The position numbers and the translations under genes are program-made. 64,000 bases of DNA from the NCBI GenBank assembly GCA_965205275.1, contig OZ242168.1, forward strand, positions 1,463,276 to 1,527,275, read 5' to 3'. The notes beneath the pieces were generated by a model. The model was not told the DNA's origin and searched no databases. It was given only the letters and a program-made list of their open reading frames with translations. Below, one piece after another: positions 55,926 to 64,000 of this stretch (positions are counted from its first letter, which is position 1; every line of letters begins with the position of its first letter). Source of the stretch: Gammaproteobacteria bacterium (lineage in GTDB: Bacteria; Pseudomonadota; Gammaproteobacteria; UBA4575).

Positions 55926-57865
55926 GGCGTGTCCCTGTGTTTACCGGATGTCGGCACCAGATAGCTGTTTGCCTGCAGGGCAGCTTCTAGCACCTGTAGC
56001 ACCTGCCCGGCGGTCTGTTCGGATGCATTCGTTTCAGCCAGCCTGTCCCGCCAGACCTGGCGCATTTCAGTGGCATCAATGTGAACATAAGACAGCACCT
56101 CCTCAATGGTGTCGCCTGGCTGTCGTTCACATATCCTGTAGCCTCCATCGGAATTCAATTCAATATTCACGGCATGCGTGTCGCCAAACAGATTATGCCG
56201 GTCGCCAAGTATTTCCTGATATGCGCCGATTAGAAATACACCGATCAGATAATCCTGCCCCGGACTGAATTCATGCAGGGACAGGTAAGACCTGATTGAA
56301 CCGGCTTCAATATAACGATCGATCTGGCCATCCGAATCACAGGTAAGATCATGCAGGCGCACCTGCCGGGTCGGGGCCGTATCCAGATGGTGCAGCGGCA
56401 GAATCGGAAAGACCTGGTTCAGTCCCCATATATCCGGGGTCGACTGAAACAGGGAAAAATTGCAGAAATACTTATCGGTCAGTTTTCCCTCCAGATCACT
56501 GCTTTGACCGGCATCAAGGTATTCCCTGTATCCGGACATCCGTCGATAGGCCTCCTGTGCAATTTTTTCCGCATAGGCCTTTTCAGCCAGTGAAATATAG
56601 GCATGGGAAAAAGCATGGTCCACCTGTTTCACAGCCTGTATCAGGCGGGTATAGCTGTGCGGGTAATCGGTTACACCCTTATGCCCTTCGGGGCTGGATT
56701 GAATATGCTGGCATATGTCAACCAGTGCCTTTAATTTTTCGTTCGCAGTATGCGACCCACCGGAAAAACCCAGATTTGCACCAGAGACCATTTCCTGCCG
56801 ATACTCAGCATCAATGACATTGGTGATCAGTACGGCGTGGTAAGCCGTCATGGCTCGTCCGTTTTCAGTGAAGACGGTGGGTGCCGGAACCCCCTTTTCC
56901 AGACATACCGAATGAACACTGCTGATAATGGAGCCGGCATATTCGTCGATGCCGTAATCCATCGAGAAATACGAGTTCGACTGGCTGCCTTCATAGTCCA
57001 CGGCAAGACCTCCACCTACGTTTAACTGGGTAAACCGTATTCCGAGCCCGTATAGTTCCGTAAAGTAACGCATGCCTTCCTCGATACCTGAGCGGATATG
57101 CTGCAAACAGGGGATCTGTGAACCCATGTGAAAATGCAGCATGCGCATCCACCCGGATGCATGGTTCTCCTTCAGCTCCCTGAGCAGTTGCAAAACCTCG
57201 CCTGCAGTCAATCCAAACTTTGAATGCTCACCGCCGGTATTCTGCCATTTACCCTCCGCAATCGCGGATAAACGAACCCGCATACCCAGAACCGGCTGGA
57301 CACTGATTTCGGCCGACTGTTTCAGAACATGCTGAAACTCAGCCAGACTTTCCAGAACAATAATGACATCGTGTCCCAGCAAACGTCCGGTTAATGCAAG
57401 ACGTATGTAGGCTTCATCTTTATACCCATTGCAGATAATTGTCTGGTTCCGTGTCCGCATGATCCCCATACAGGCAATCAGTTCCGCCTTGCTGCCCACC
57501 TCAAAGGCGACCGGCCACCGGTTCTGATGATGGAAATACCGAATGACTGAGGCCTGCTGGTTTACCTTGACCGGATAGGCAGCAATGTAGTTGCCGGCAT
57601 AATTACAGGAAACAACCGCCTTCTGAAATGCCGCATACAGCCTGTCAAGCATATGCTGCAGAATGTGTGGGAAACGGACCAGTACGGGAAATCCAATCCC
57701 CCTGTCTTTCAGGTCTGCGCTTAATTCATACAAGTCCAGTTCATGGGTGCCGGCTTTAGTGCTTGCATTCCCGGCTGCATTGATATCAAAAAATCCGATC
57801 CCCCAGTTGAGGACACGATAATGCAGCCGGGCACGCCGGATACTCCAATGCGGATGGCTATTCAC
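55922..57865 (-). CDS. speA: Biosynthetic arginine decarboxylase
   Basis: 647 aa, PLP-dependent fold III decarboxylase with a SpeA-type N-terminus (WSIRRARLHYRVLNWGIGFFDIN). Confidence 0.9.
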   Translation of the reverse strand: MNSHPHWSIRRARLHYRVLNWGIGFFDINAAGNASTKAGTHELDLYELSADLKDRGIGFPVLVRFPHILQHMLDRLYAAFQKAVVSCNYAGNYIAAYPVKVNQQASVIRYFHHQNRWPVAFEVGSKAELIACMGIMRTRNQTIICNGYKDEAYIRLALTGRLLGHDVIIVLESLAEFQHVLKQSAEISVQPVLGMRVRLSAIAEGKWQNTGGEHSKFGLTAGEVLQLLRELKENHASGWMRMLHFHMGSQIPCLQHIRSGIEEGMRYFTELYGLGIRFTQLNVGGGLAVDYEGSQSNSYFSMDYGIDEYAGSIISSVHSVCLEKGVPAPTVFTENGRAMTAYHAVLITNVIDAEYRQEMVSGANLGFSGGSHTANEKLKALVDICQHIQSSPEGHKGVTDYPHSYTRLIQAVKQVDHAFSHAYISLAEKAYAEKIAQEAYRRMSGYREYLDAGQSSDLEGKLTDKYFCNFSLFQSTPDIWGLNQVFPILPLHHLDTAPTRQVRLHDLTCDSDGQIDRYIEAGSIRSYLSLHEFSPGQDYLIGVFLIGAYQEILGDRHNLFGDTHAVNIELNSDGGYRICERQPGDTIEEVLSYVHIDATEMRQVWRDRLAETNASEQTAGQVLQVLEAALQANSYLVPTSGKHRDTP

Positions 57866-57948
57866 AACAATGTATGATCTGTTTGCTTGTTACCTACAAT
57901 GACCTGGTTCACTATATATACAATTTTTTCCCTGTAATACAGACTCCC

Positions 57949-58806
57949 ATGCCGGACAAGAGTAAGAAATGGTTTACTGAAGCATGCACCGAATCCGGCA
58001 CTGCGCTCTCATTCGAGATCAATGAAAAGCTTCACCAGGAACAGACACCCTTTCAAAAAATAGAGATCTACTCAACCAAAAGCTTTGGCAGGCTGATGGC
58101 CATAGACGGTTTTGTGATGCTAACGGAACGTGACAGCTTTATATACCATGAAATGCTGGCACATCCTGCCTTATTCAGTCACCCGAGTCCTGTGAGTGTC
58201 GTGATCGCCGGAGGTGGTGATTGTGGCACCTTGTGTGAAGTGGCGAGACATGCATGCGTGCAGGAAATTTTACAGGTTGAAATCGATGAGCGGGTCACGA
58301 GGTTATCCGAGAAGTTTTTTCCGGCATTGTGCGAGGCCAATAACGACCCGCGTGCCGAATTCATTTTTGAAGATGCCACCCGGTGGATTCAGGAAAAGGA
58401 GCATGAATCGACTGACATCATTATCGTAGACAGCACAGACCCGATCGGCCCTGCAGAAGGCCTGTTCTCCACACCCTTTTACAGGGACTGTCTGCGCACA
58501 CTGAAGCCTGACGGGCTACTCGTTCAGCAAAGTGAATCGCCTCTGGTTCATTTCGAGAGCATAATCCAGCCTATGCACGCTTCCATGCAGGAAGCCGGAT
58601 TCGGGACCACTGACCTGATTTATTTTCCGCAACCCTGTTACCCCACCGGGTGGTGGACCGCAACTGTAGCCAGCAAAACCGGGCAACTCGCCTACGCTCG
58701 CAAGGAGTCTGCCGGACACCCCGGGTTCAAAACCCGTTACTATAACCGCTCCATTCACCTTGCCAGCCTTTCAACCCCGCAGTTCATACGAAACTGGGGG
58801 CCATAA
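57949..58806 (+). CDS. speE: Polyamine aminopropyltransferase (spermidine synthase)
   Basis: VVIAGGGDCG, VEIDERV and IIVDSTDPIGPAEGLF motifs. It is divergent from speA. Confidence 0.85.
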   Translation: MPDKSKKWFTEACTESGTALSFEINEKLHQEQTPFQKIEIYSTKSFGRLMAIDGFVMLTERDSFIYHEMLAHPALFSHPSPVSVVIAGGGDCGTLCEVARHACVQEILQVEIDERVTRLSEKFFPALCEANNDPRAEFIFEDATRWIQEKEHESTDIIIVDSTDPIGPAEGLFSTPFYRDCLRTLKPDGLLVQQSESPLVHFESIIQPMHASMQEAGFGTTDLIYFPQPCYPTGWWTATVASKTGQLAYARKESAGHPGFKTRYYNRSIHLASLSTPQFIRNWGP

Positions 58807-58830
58807 AAAAGCGCCTCCCGGGAGGCGCTT
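58805..58830. terminator. Bidirectional rho-independent terminator between speE and amtB (perfect 18-nt palindrome gcgcctcccgggaggcgc flanked by an A-run)
   Basis: aaaaaaGCGCCTCCCGGGAGGCGCtt. The A6 on the plus side gives a U-run for the minus-strand amtB transcript. Confidence 0.7.
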
Positions 58831-58854
58831 CAACCAGACAAGGCGGGTGAAAGT

Positions 58855-60120
58855 CTACTCGACTACAAATTCCGGATAGGCCTCCAGGCCACATTCGGAA
58901 ATATCCGCACCCTGCATCTCTTCTTCCTCGCTGATACGGATTCCCATAATCATTTTGATGATACCCCAGACTATCAGGCTCGCCAGGAATACCCAGACAA
59001 ATATCGTGACCATACCCAGCAGTTGTCCGCTGAACTTCACGCCAGGATTGGTAAGCGGTACAGCCAGCAACCCCCACAGCCCGGCGGTACCGTGTACGGA
59101 AATCGCGCCAACTGGATCATCGATCTTGATTTTGTCCAACAGCACAATGGACAGCACCACAAGGCCTCCGCCTGCAGCACCAATCAGGGTAGCTGCCAGG
59201 GCAGAAGGGGTTGAGGGCTCTGCCGTAATGGCGACCAGACCTGCCAACGCACCGTTCAGGGCCATGGTCAGGTCTGCCTTGCCGAACCACAGACGGGCAA
59301 CGACCAGCGCAGCCACCAGACCGCCTGCGGCAGCAGCATTGGTATTCAAAAACACCATGGCTACCGCATTGGCACTGGCGGCATCCCCGAGCTTCAGCAC
59401 TGAGCCACCATTAAAGCCAAACCACCCCATCCACAGGATAAAGGTCCCCAGCGTGGCAAGCGGAAGATTGGCACCCGGGATGGCAATCACCTTGCCGCCC
59501 GGTCCGTACTTGCCTCGGCGTGGCCCGAGTAATAGTACCCCTGCCAGGGCAGCCGTTGCACCTGCCATGTGTACAATGCCCGATCCTGCGAAATCGGAAA
59601 ACCCGGCATCGCCGAGATTGAACCAGCCAAACACATCCTTGCCATTCCAGGTCCAACTGCCTTCCAGTGGATAAATCAGTCCGGTAAACACGACCACGAA
59701 AATCAGGAACGACCACATTTTCATTCTCTCAGCTACGGCACCTGATACAATCGACATGGCCGTCGCGACAAATACGACCTGGAAAAAGAAGTCTGAAGCA
59801 TCCGCATACACGGAATCACCGTGGAATCCATTTTCCGCGGAAGCGGCCAATGCATCCTGTACCAGACGCTCACCTCCGGCAATGCCTGACAAAAACCATG
59901 CACCGTCGTACATGATCATGTACCCGCAAACCATATACATAATGCAGGCTATCGAATACAGCGCGACATTTTTGGTAAGAATTTCGGCTGTGTTCTTGCT
60001 TCGCACAAGACCCGATTCGAGCATGGAAAAGCCTGCGGCCATCCACATCACTAATGCACCACACACTAAAAAGTAAAAAGTGTCGATCGCATATTGCAAT
60101 TCAAAAATTTGATCTGTCAC
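58855..60120 (-). CDS. amtB: Ammonium transporter AmtB
   Basis: 421 aa with about 11 TM helices and the Amt/MEP signature regions. It is downstream of glnK. Confidence 0.9.
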   Translation of the reverse strand: MTDQIFELQYAIDTFYFLVCGALVMWMAAGFSMLESGLVRSKNTAEILTKNVALYSIACIMYMVCGYMIMYDGAWFLSGIAGGERLVQDALAASAENGFHGDSVYADASDFFFQVVFVATAMSIVSGAVAERMKMWSFLIFVVVFTGLIYPLEGSWTWNGKDVFGWFNLGDAGFSDFAGSGIVHMAGATAALAGVLLLGPRRGKYGPGGKVIAIPGANLPLATLGTFILWMGWFGFNGGSVLKLGDAASANAVAMVFLNTNAAAAGGLVAALVVARLWFGKADLTMALNGALAGLVAITAEPSTPSALAATLIGAAGGGLVVLSIVLLDKIKIDDPVGAISVHGTAGLWGLLAVPLTNPGVKFSGQLLGMVTIFVWVFLASLIVWGIIKMIMGIRISEEEEMQGADISECGLEAYPEFVVE

Positions 60121-60149
60121 AACTCCCTCCTAAGAAACGTATGTATCCC

Positions 60150-60593
<444 letters not shown>

Positions 60594-60959
60594 TCAAAGC
60601 CGTAATGAATACGGATGCAGGCCTCAGTTTCATCATCATGATCTTCACCCCGCAGAACCTCGGCATCCGTGTGCACGGGTGCTGCAGTCACCTCAAAACC
60701 TGAAACCTCAAATCCATTTTCATTGGCATTCTCCCTTGAAAAGACAGATTGTCTCCTGTACACCCAGGAACTAAGGCACACACTGTGCCAAGTTTTTCAG
60801 CCTTGATGAAACAATGGGTTATGACAATTGCTTTGACATCGAACCGGTCCGCACCTGAAATACTGCACCCAGCCAGAACCCTTGCGCACATTATTGGTGC
60901 ATCGAAATTTGAGTCGTGTATGGTATATTTAGATGTTTGGACTCAAGGAGTGTTAACCG

Positions 60960-61211
60960 ATGAAACTGAACCCCCGCATCCTGGATGAAGTCGTGCGCAG
61001 AGTCGTTGCGGTGGTCCCCGATGATGTAAAAAAAGGCACGAAAATCCTTGAAAAAAACGTGCGCGCCGTTGCAGAAGGTACATTCCAGCAACTGGATCTT
61101 GTCACACGCAAGGAATTTGACGCACAGAGTGAGATGCTGTCGCAAAGCCAGTTGCGCGTTAAGGATCTGGAACAGCGTATACAGGAGCTCGAAGGGAAAA
61201 GTACTGAATGA
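60960..61211 (+). CDS. ubiK: Ubiquinone biosynthesis accessory factor UbiK (YqiC/BMFP family)
   Basis: 83-aa coiled-coil protein whose LDLVTRKEFDAQSEML...LEQRIQELE segment fits the UbiK pattern. Confidence 0.7.
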   Translation: MKLNPRILDEVVRRVVAVVPDDVKKGTKILEKNVRAVAEGTFQQLDLVTRKEFDAQSEMLSQSQLRVKDLEQRIQELEGKSTE

Positions 61212-61375
61212 ATAAAGGGCGTACCAGGCCTTGCAGCAGCATGCAAACCATGCAGGCCCTGTTCCAATCTGGGCATCACCGGAACCTACCCGGACTCAAC
61301 TCCTCAAGCGGGATACCCCGTCAACAGGCACCCCTCTGAGCGTTTGCCAACCGTAAAAAACAGACGCAAACGGGA

Positions 61376-61870
61376 TCAGCGTACTGAATCCAGCATGTAG
61401 TCGACGGCTCTTTTAACATCTTCATCGGAAAAATCAAGACGACCGCCTTTGGGAGGCATCACATTTATTCCGTTGATGGCGTTTGCATAAAGCTGCTCCA
61501 CGCCTTTGGCCAGACGCGACTCCCAGTCTGTCTTGGCCCCCAGCTTCGGAGCATTCAATACCCCGGGGCCATGACATATGGCACAAGCCTGATAGATTTG
61601 TTCGATGGGTTTTTCTGCATCGGCTACAACAAGCTCAGGCTCATTTTCCCCTGCTTCACTTGCGGTTTCATCAGCCATTACGGATTCACCGGCTATATGC
61701 ACATTACCGACAGGCTTGATCCGATCCTCAATATTTTCCTGAATCACGGTTTCATGGGAATAGTCCGCATCGGAAATAAGCACATTTGCCAAGGCCAGAA
61801 TCGCGACCGTGGATCCGACCAATACTCCGAATACGACTTTTAACGTTTTTGCAAACTTCGTGTTGCTCAC
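61376..61870 (-). CDS. Membrane-anchored mono-haem c-type cytochrome (cytochrome c5-like)
   Basis: N-terminal TM anchor, an acidic linker, and a single CAICHG haem-binding motif with a distal Met region. Confidence 0.7.
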   Translation of the reverse strand: MSNTKFAKTLKVVFGVLVGSTVAILALANVLISDADYSHETVIQENIEDRIKPVGNVHIAGESVMADETASEAGENEPELVVADAEKPIEQIYQACAICHGPGVLNAPKLGAKTDWESRLAKGVEQLYANAINGINVMPPKGGRLDFSDEDVKRAVDYMLDSVR

Positions 61871-62060
61871 ACAAACTCCTGTTCTTGTTGGCTCTTAATT
61901 TTAAATACGCAGCGAATTATAGTGAATGATTGGTGCGAAACCAACTAACCTTCATACAGTAGGTTTGATTATCCATTTCGTAATACTGCATCTTCCCCTG
62001 GCGAACGGTCACATCGGCTGCGACAGAATGCGGGACGGCACGAAAGCATTGACCGGTCCG

Positions 62061-63872
62061 CTACGCAGATTCATGCCGTATGGGTTCCACAGCTTCTACC
62101 AGCACGGTTACGATATCCGTGTCATGGTATTGCTGGTGGCGAACCGAGGACGCAAGGTGTCGCAACAGCCGAAGCGAAACTTCCTGCTCGCCTGAAGTTG
62201 CATCGGCCCGCTCGCCAAGTAACCCGATCCGGTCCTGAAGGTTTTCCTCGCCGGGGGCGGCAACGAACTCAAGAATCGCCCGGCCGCTTTCCTTGTGCGC
62301 CATCAGGAGCAGGCGACGTCCCCGATTTTCCACATCTTCACTACGCTGGAGAAGCATCAGCAAAGTCTCTTCAGCAGCGCCGACAAGGCGGTTTTCCATC
62401 GCCGTGTCCCAGCCACTGCGGGATGTAAACTCCCCAAGAAATGTCCTGATCTTCGGCAGGGCCAAGGAATCCAGCACCATCTCAGTGCGGCGACGGCGGG
62501 ACTCCGTCAGCTCCATAAGCAGCGTCATGAGGATGGCGACCAGACCGCCAGCCGTCATCCCGTTCTCCAGCAAACCCCCCGCAAATCCCGAAACATACTC
62601 GGGAAATATCACTCCATTCTGGAAACCGACCCCGATCCAGAACGCAATACCGGTGACCAGGCTCTTGCGATAATCGATCCCGTCCTGAACGACGACCTTC
62701 ATGCCGACTACAAAAAGCATCGCCAGCAATACACCCAGATACGCAGCAGCGACCGGGCCGGGTATTGCCAGGATCACGGCGAGTGCCTTGGGAAGGAATG
62801 CCAGAATAATAAACACGGCCCCAAGGGCAATTCCGACCCGGCGAGCCCCGACCCCGGTAAGCTCGGCCACCGCCACGCTTGTCGAGTAGGTCGTGTTGGG
62901 CACTGTCCCCGTGAGACCGGACAGCAGGTTGCCCATCCCATCCGCAGCTACCGTACCCTGCACGGCCCGGAAATCCACTGCCCGGGGTCGACGCCAAGAT
63001 ACGCGCTGAATGGCGATGGAATCACCGACCGTTTCGATGGCACCGACCAGGGTCACGAATATGAATGCAGGAAGAAGTGCCCAGAAAACCGGAGTGAAGC
63101 TGAGATCAAAGCCAGGCCACCCACCCTCCGGAAAACCGATCCACGAAGCGGCGGCAACGCGGCTTACGTCGTAGAGACCATAAAATCCGGCAACCACCGA
63201 GCCGGTGAAAACACCGATGACGGGTGCCCAGAGGCGCAGTGCACCCTTCGCCTTCAGGGCGATCGTGACTATGGTGAACACCGTTACAAAAGCGCTCAGT
63301 GGCACCGCCAGGCCAGAAGCCCCCTCCGGCACATCCTTCAGAAAACTAAAGATGATCGGCATCACCGTGACCGGTATCAGCATGATAACCGTTCCTGCAA
63401 CCGTCGGGGTCAGGATTCGGCGGAACAGCGAAAGCCGTGCAGACAGCGCAAACTGGAAAAACGATGAGACCACGACCAGGGTGGCAAGCATCGCCGGGCC
63501 GCCCTCAGCGATCGCCGTGACACAAATTGCAATGAAGGCCCCGGAGGTGCCCATGACCAGTACATAACCGGCACCGATCCGGCCCACCCGGACCGCTTGC
63601 AGTATCGTACTTATCCCACTGACCGCGACTGCGGCAAAGACGGCCCATGACAGGAAGGCTTCGGTCCCGCCCGCCGCACGGACTATGATCGCCGGGGTCA
63701 ATACGATGCCGGATATACAGAGAATCGCAAGCTGGATGCCGAGACCCAAGGCAAGCGCTGTTGGAGGGTTTTCATCGGGCTGATAGCGAACACTTGTGTG
63801 CCGGTCAGAATTTTGTGTGCCTATGGTGTACCCCTCATGTACCGTAGAAATCGCTGATCCTGACTTTATCAT
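62061..63872 (-). CDS. NCS2 (xanthine/uracil permease-like) family transporter with about 150-aa C-terminal cytoplasmic extension
   Basis: About 12 TM helices with NCS2-like topology and Gly-rich helices. The C-terminal soluble domain is unrecognised. The family call is tentative; SulP is the alternative. Confidence 0.5.
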   Translation of the reverse strand: MIKSGSAISTVHEGYTIGTQNSDRHTSVRYQPDENPPTALALGLGIQLAILCISGIVLTPAIIVRAAGGTEAFLSWAVFAAVAVSGISTILQAVRVGRIGAGYVLVMGTSGAFIAICVTAIAEGGPAMLATLVVVSSFFQFALSARLSLFRRILTPTVAGTVIMLIPVTVMPIIFSFLKDVPEGASGLAVPLSAFVTVFTIVTIALKAKGALRLWAPVIGVFTGSVVAGFYGLYDVSRVAAASWIGFPEGGWPGFDLSFTPVFWALLPAFIFVTLVGAIETVGDSIAIQRVSWRRPRAVDFRAVQGTVAADGMGNLLSGLTGTVPNTTYSTSVAVAELTGVGARRVGIALGAVFIILAFLPKALAVILAIPGPVAAAYLGVLLAMLFVVGMKVVVQDGIDYRKSLVTGIAFWIGVGFQNGVIFPEYVSGFAGGLLENGMTAGGLVAILMTLLMELTESRRRRTEMVLDSLALPKIRTFLGEFTSRSGWDTAMENRLVGAAEETLLMLLQRSEDVENRGRRLLLMAHKESGRAILEFVAAPGEENLQDRIGLLGERADATSGEQEVSLRLLRHLASSVRHQQYHDTDIVTVLVEAVEPIRHESA

Positions 63873-64000
63873 ATCCCATGGAGCTGGCGCATTTTGACAC
63901 GACGGACAGGGGGTTTGGTAAAAGGGTAACGGCCGCCTGCGCGGGAACAGGAGGCGTCCGCCGGATGAATCTCATGAAAGAAATCCGAAACGAACTTTAC

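Overview
This is a 64-kb chromosomal segment of a Gram-negative proteobacterium, roughly 55% GC, probably a beta- or gammaproteobacterial sulfur/nitrogen scavenger. Gene density is high on both strands, and several gene pairs overlap by ATGA, which suggests operons.

The window has four blocks.

1. Positions 1-13100 hold a candidate thiocyanate/cyanate utilisation locus. A three-subunit Co-type nitrile-hydratase-family enzyme lies in the order beta(157 aa)-alpha(124 aa)-gamma(230 aa, VCTLCSC motif). This order and these sizes match thiocyanate hydrolase scnB-scnA-scnC. It is followed by an NHase-activator-like gene, a DsrE-like gene, a NitT/TauT-family ABC importer (NrtA/CynA-like binding protein with a Tat signal) and a cbtB-like gene. 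A LysR regulator and a cyanase (cynS) are transcribed divergently from it. A second cbtB-cbtA cobalt transporter pair sits at 12183-13076. Between them are a ferredoxin-FNR fusion, DUF1348, a TetR regulator and a frameshifted cpdA.

2. Positions 14089-26631 hold a urease cluster ureDABCEFG preceded by the urea ABC transporter urtABCDE. A 72-aa HupE/UreJ-like mini-ORF is wedged between urtE and ureD.

3. Positions 26640-31498 hold a decayed, high-GC genomic island on the 3' side of tRNA-Phe (31499-31574, minus strand). It contains an integrase N-terminal remnant fused in frame to a SAM methyltransferase, an outer-membrane protein with a Calx-beta domain, a Panacea-domain protein that looks like an orphan antitoxin, and an internally deleted IS1595-family transposase remnant.

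4. Positions 31600-63900 are housekeeping genes: yggX-mutY, moaC/moaD, htrA/degP, cbpA, hsp20, yicC, rph, rdgB, hemW, rpmE, an M48 peptidase, xni, fructosamine kinase, hemH, a stand-alone HNH nuclease, priA, argS, a SPOR protein, an acyl-CoA ligase, nadA, ycgL, speA/speE, amtB-glnK, ubiK, a cytochrome c and an NCS2-like permease.

No CRISPR array or rRNA was seen. All calls rest on reading the sequence and the six-frame translations, with no database search.
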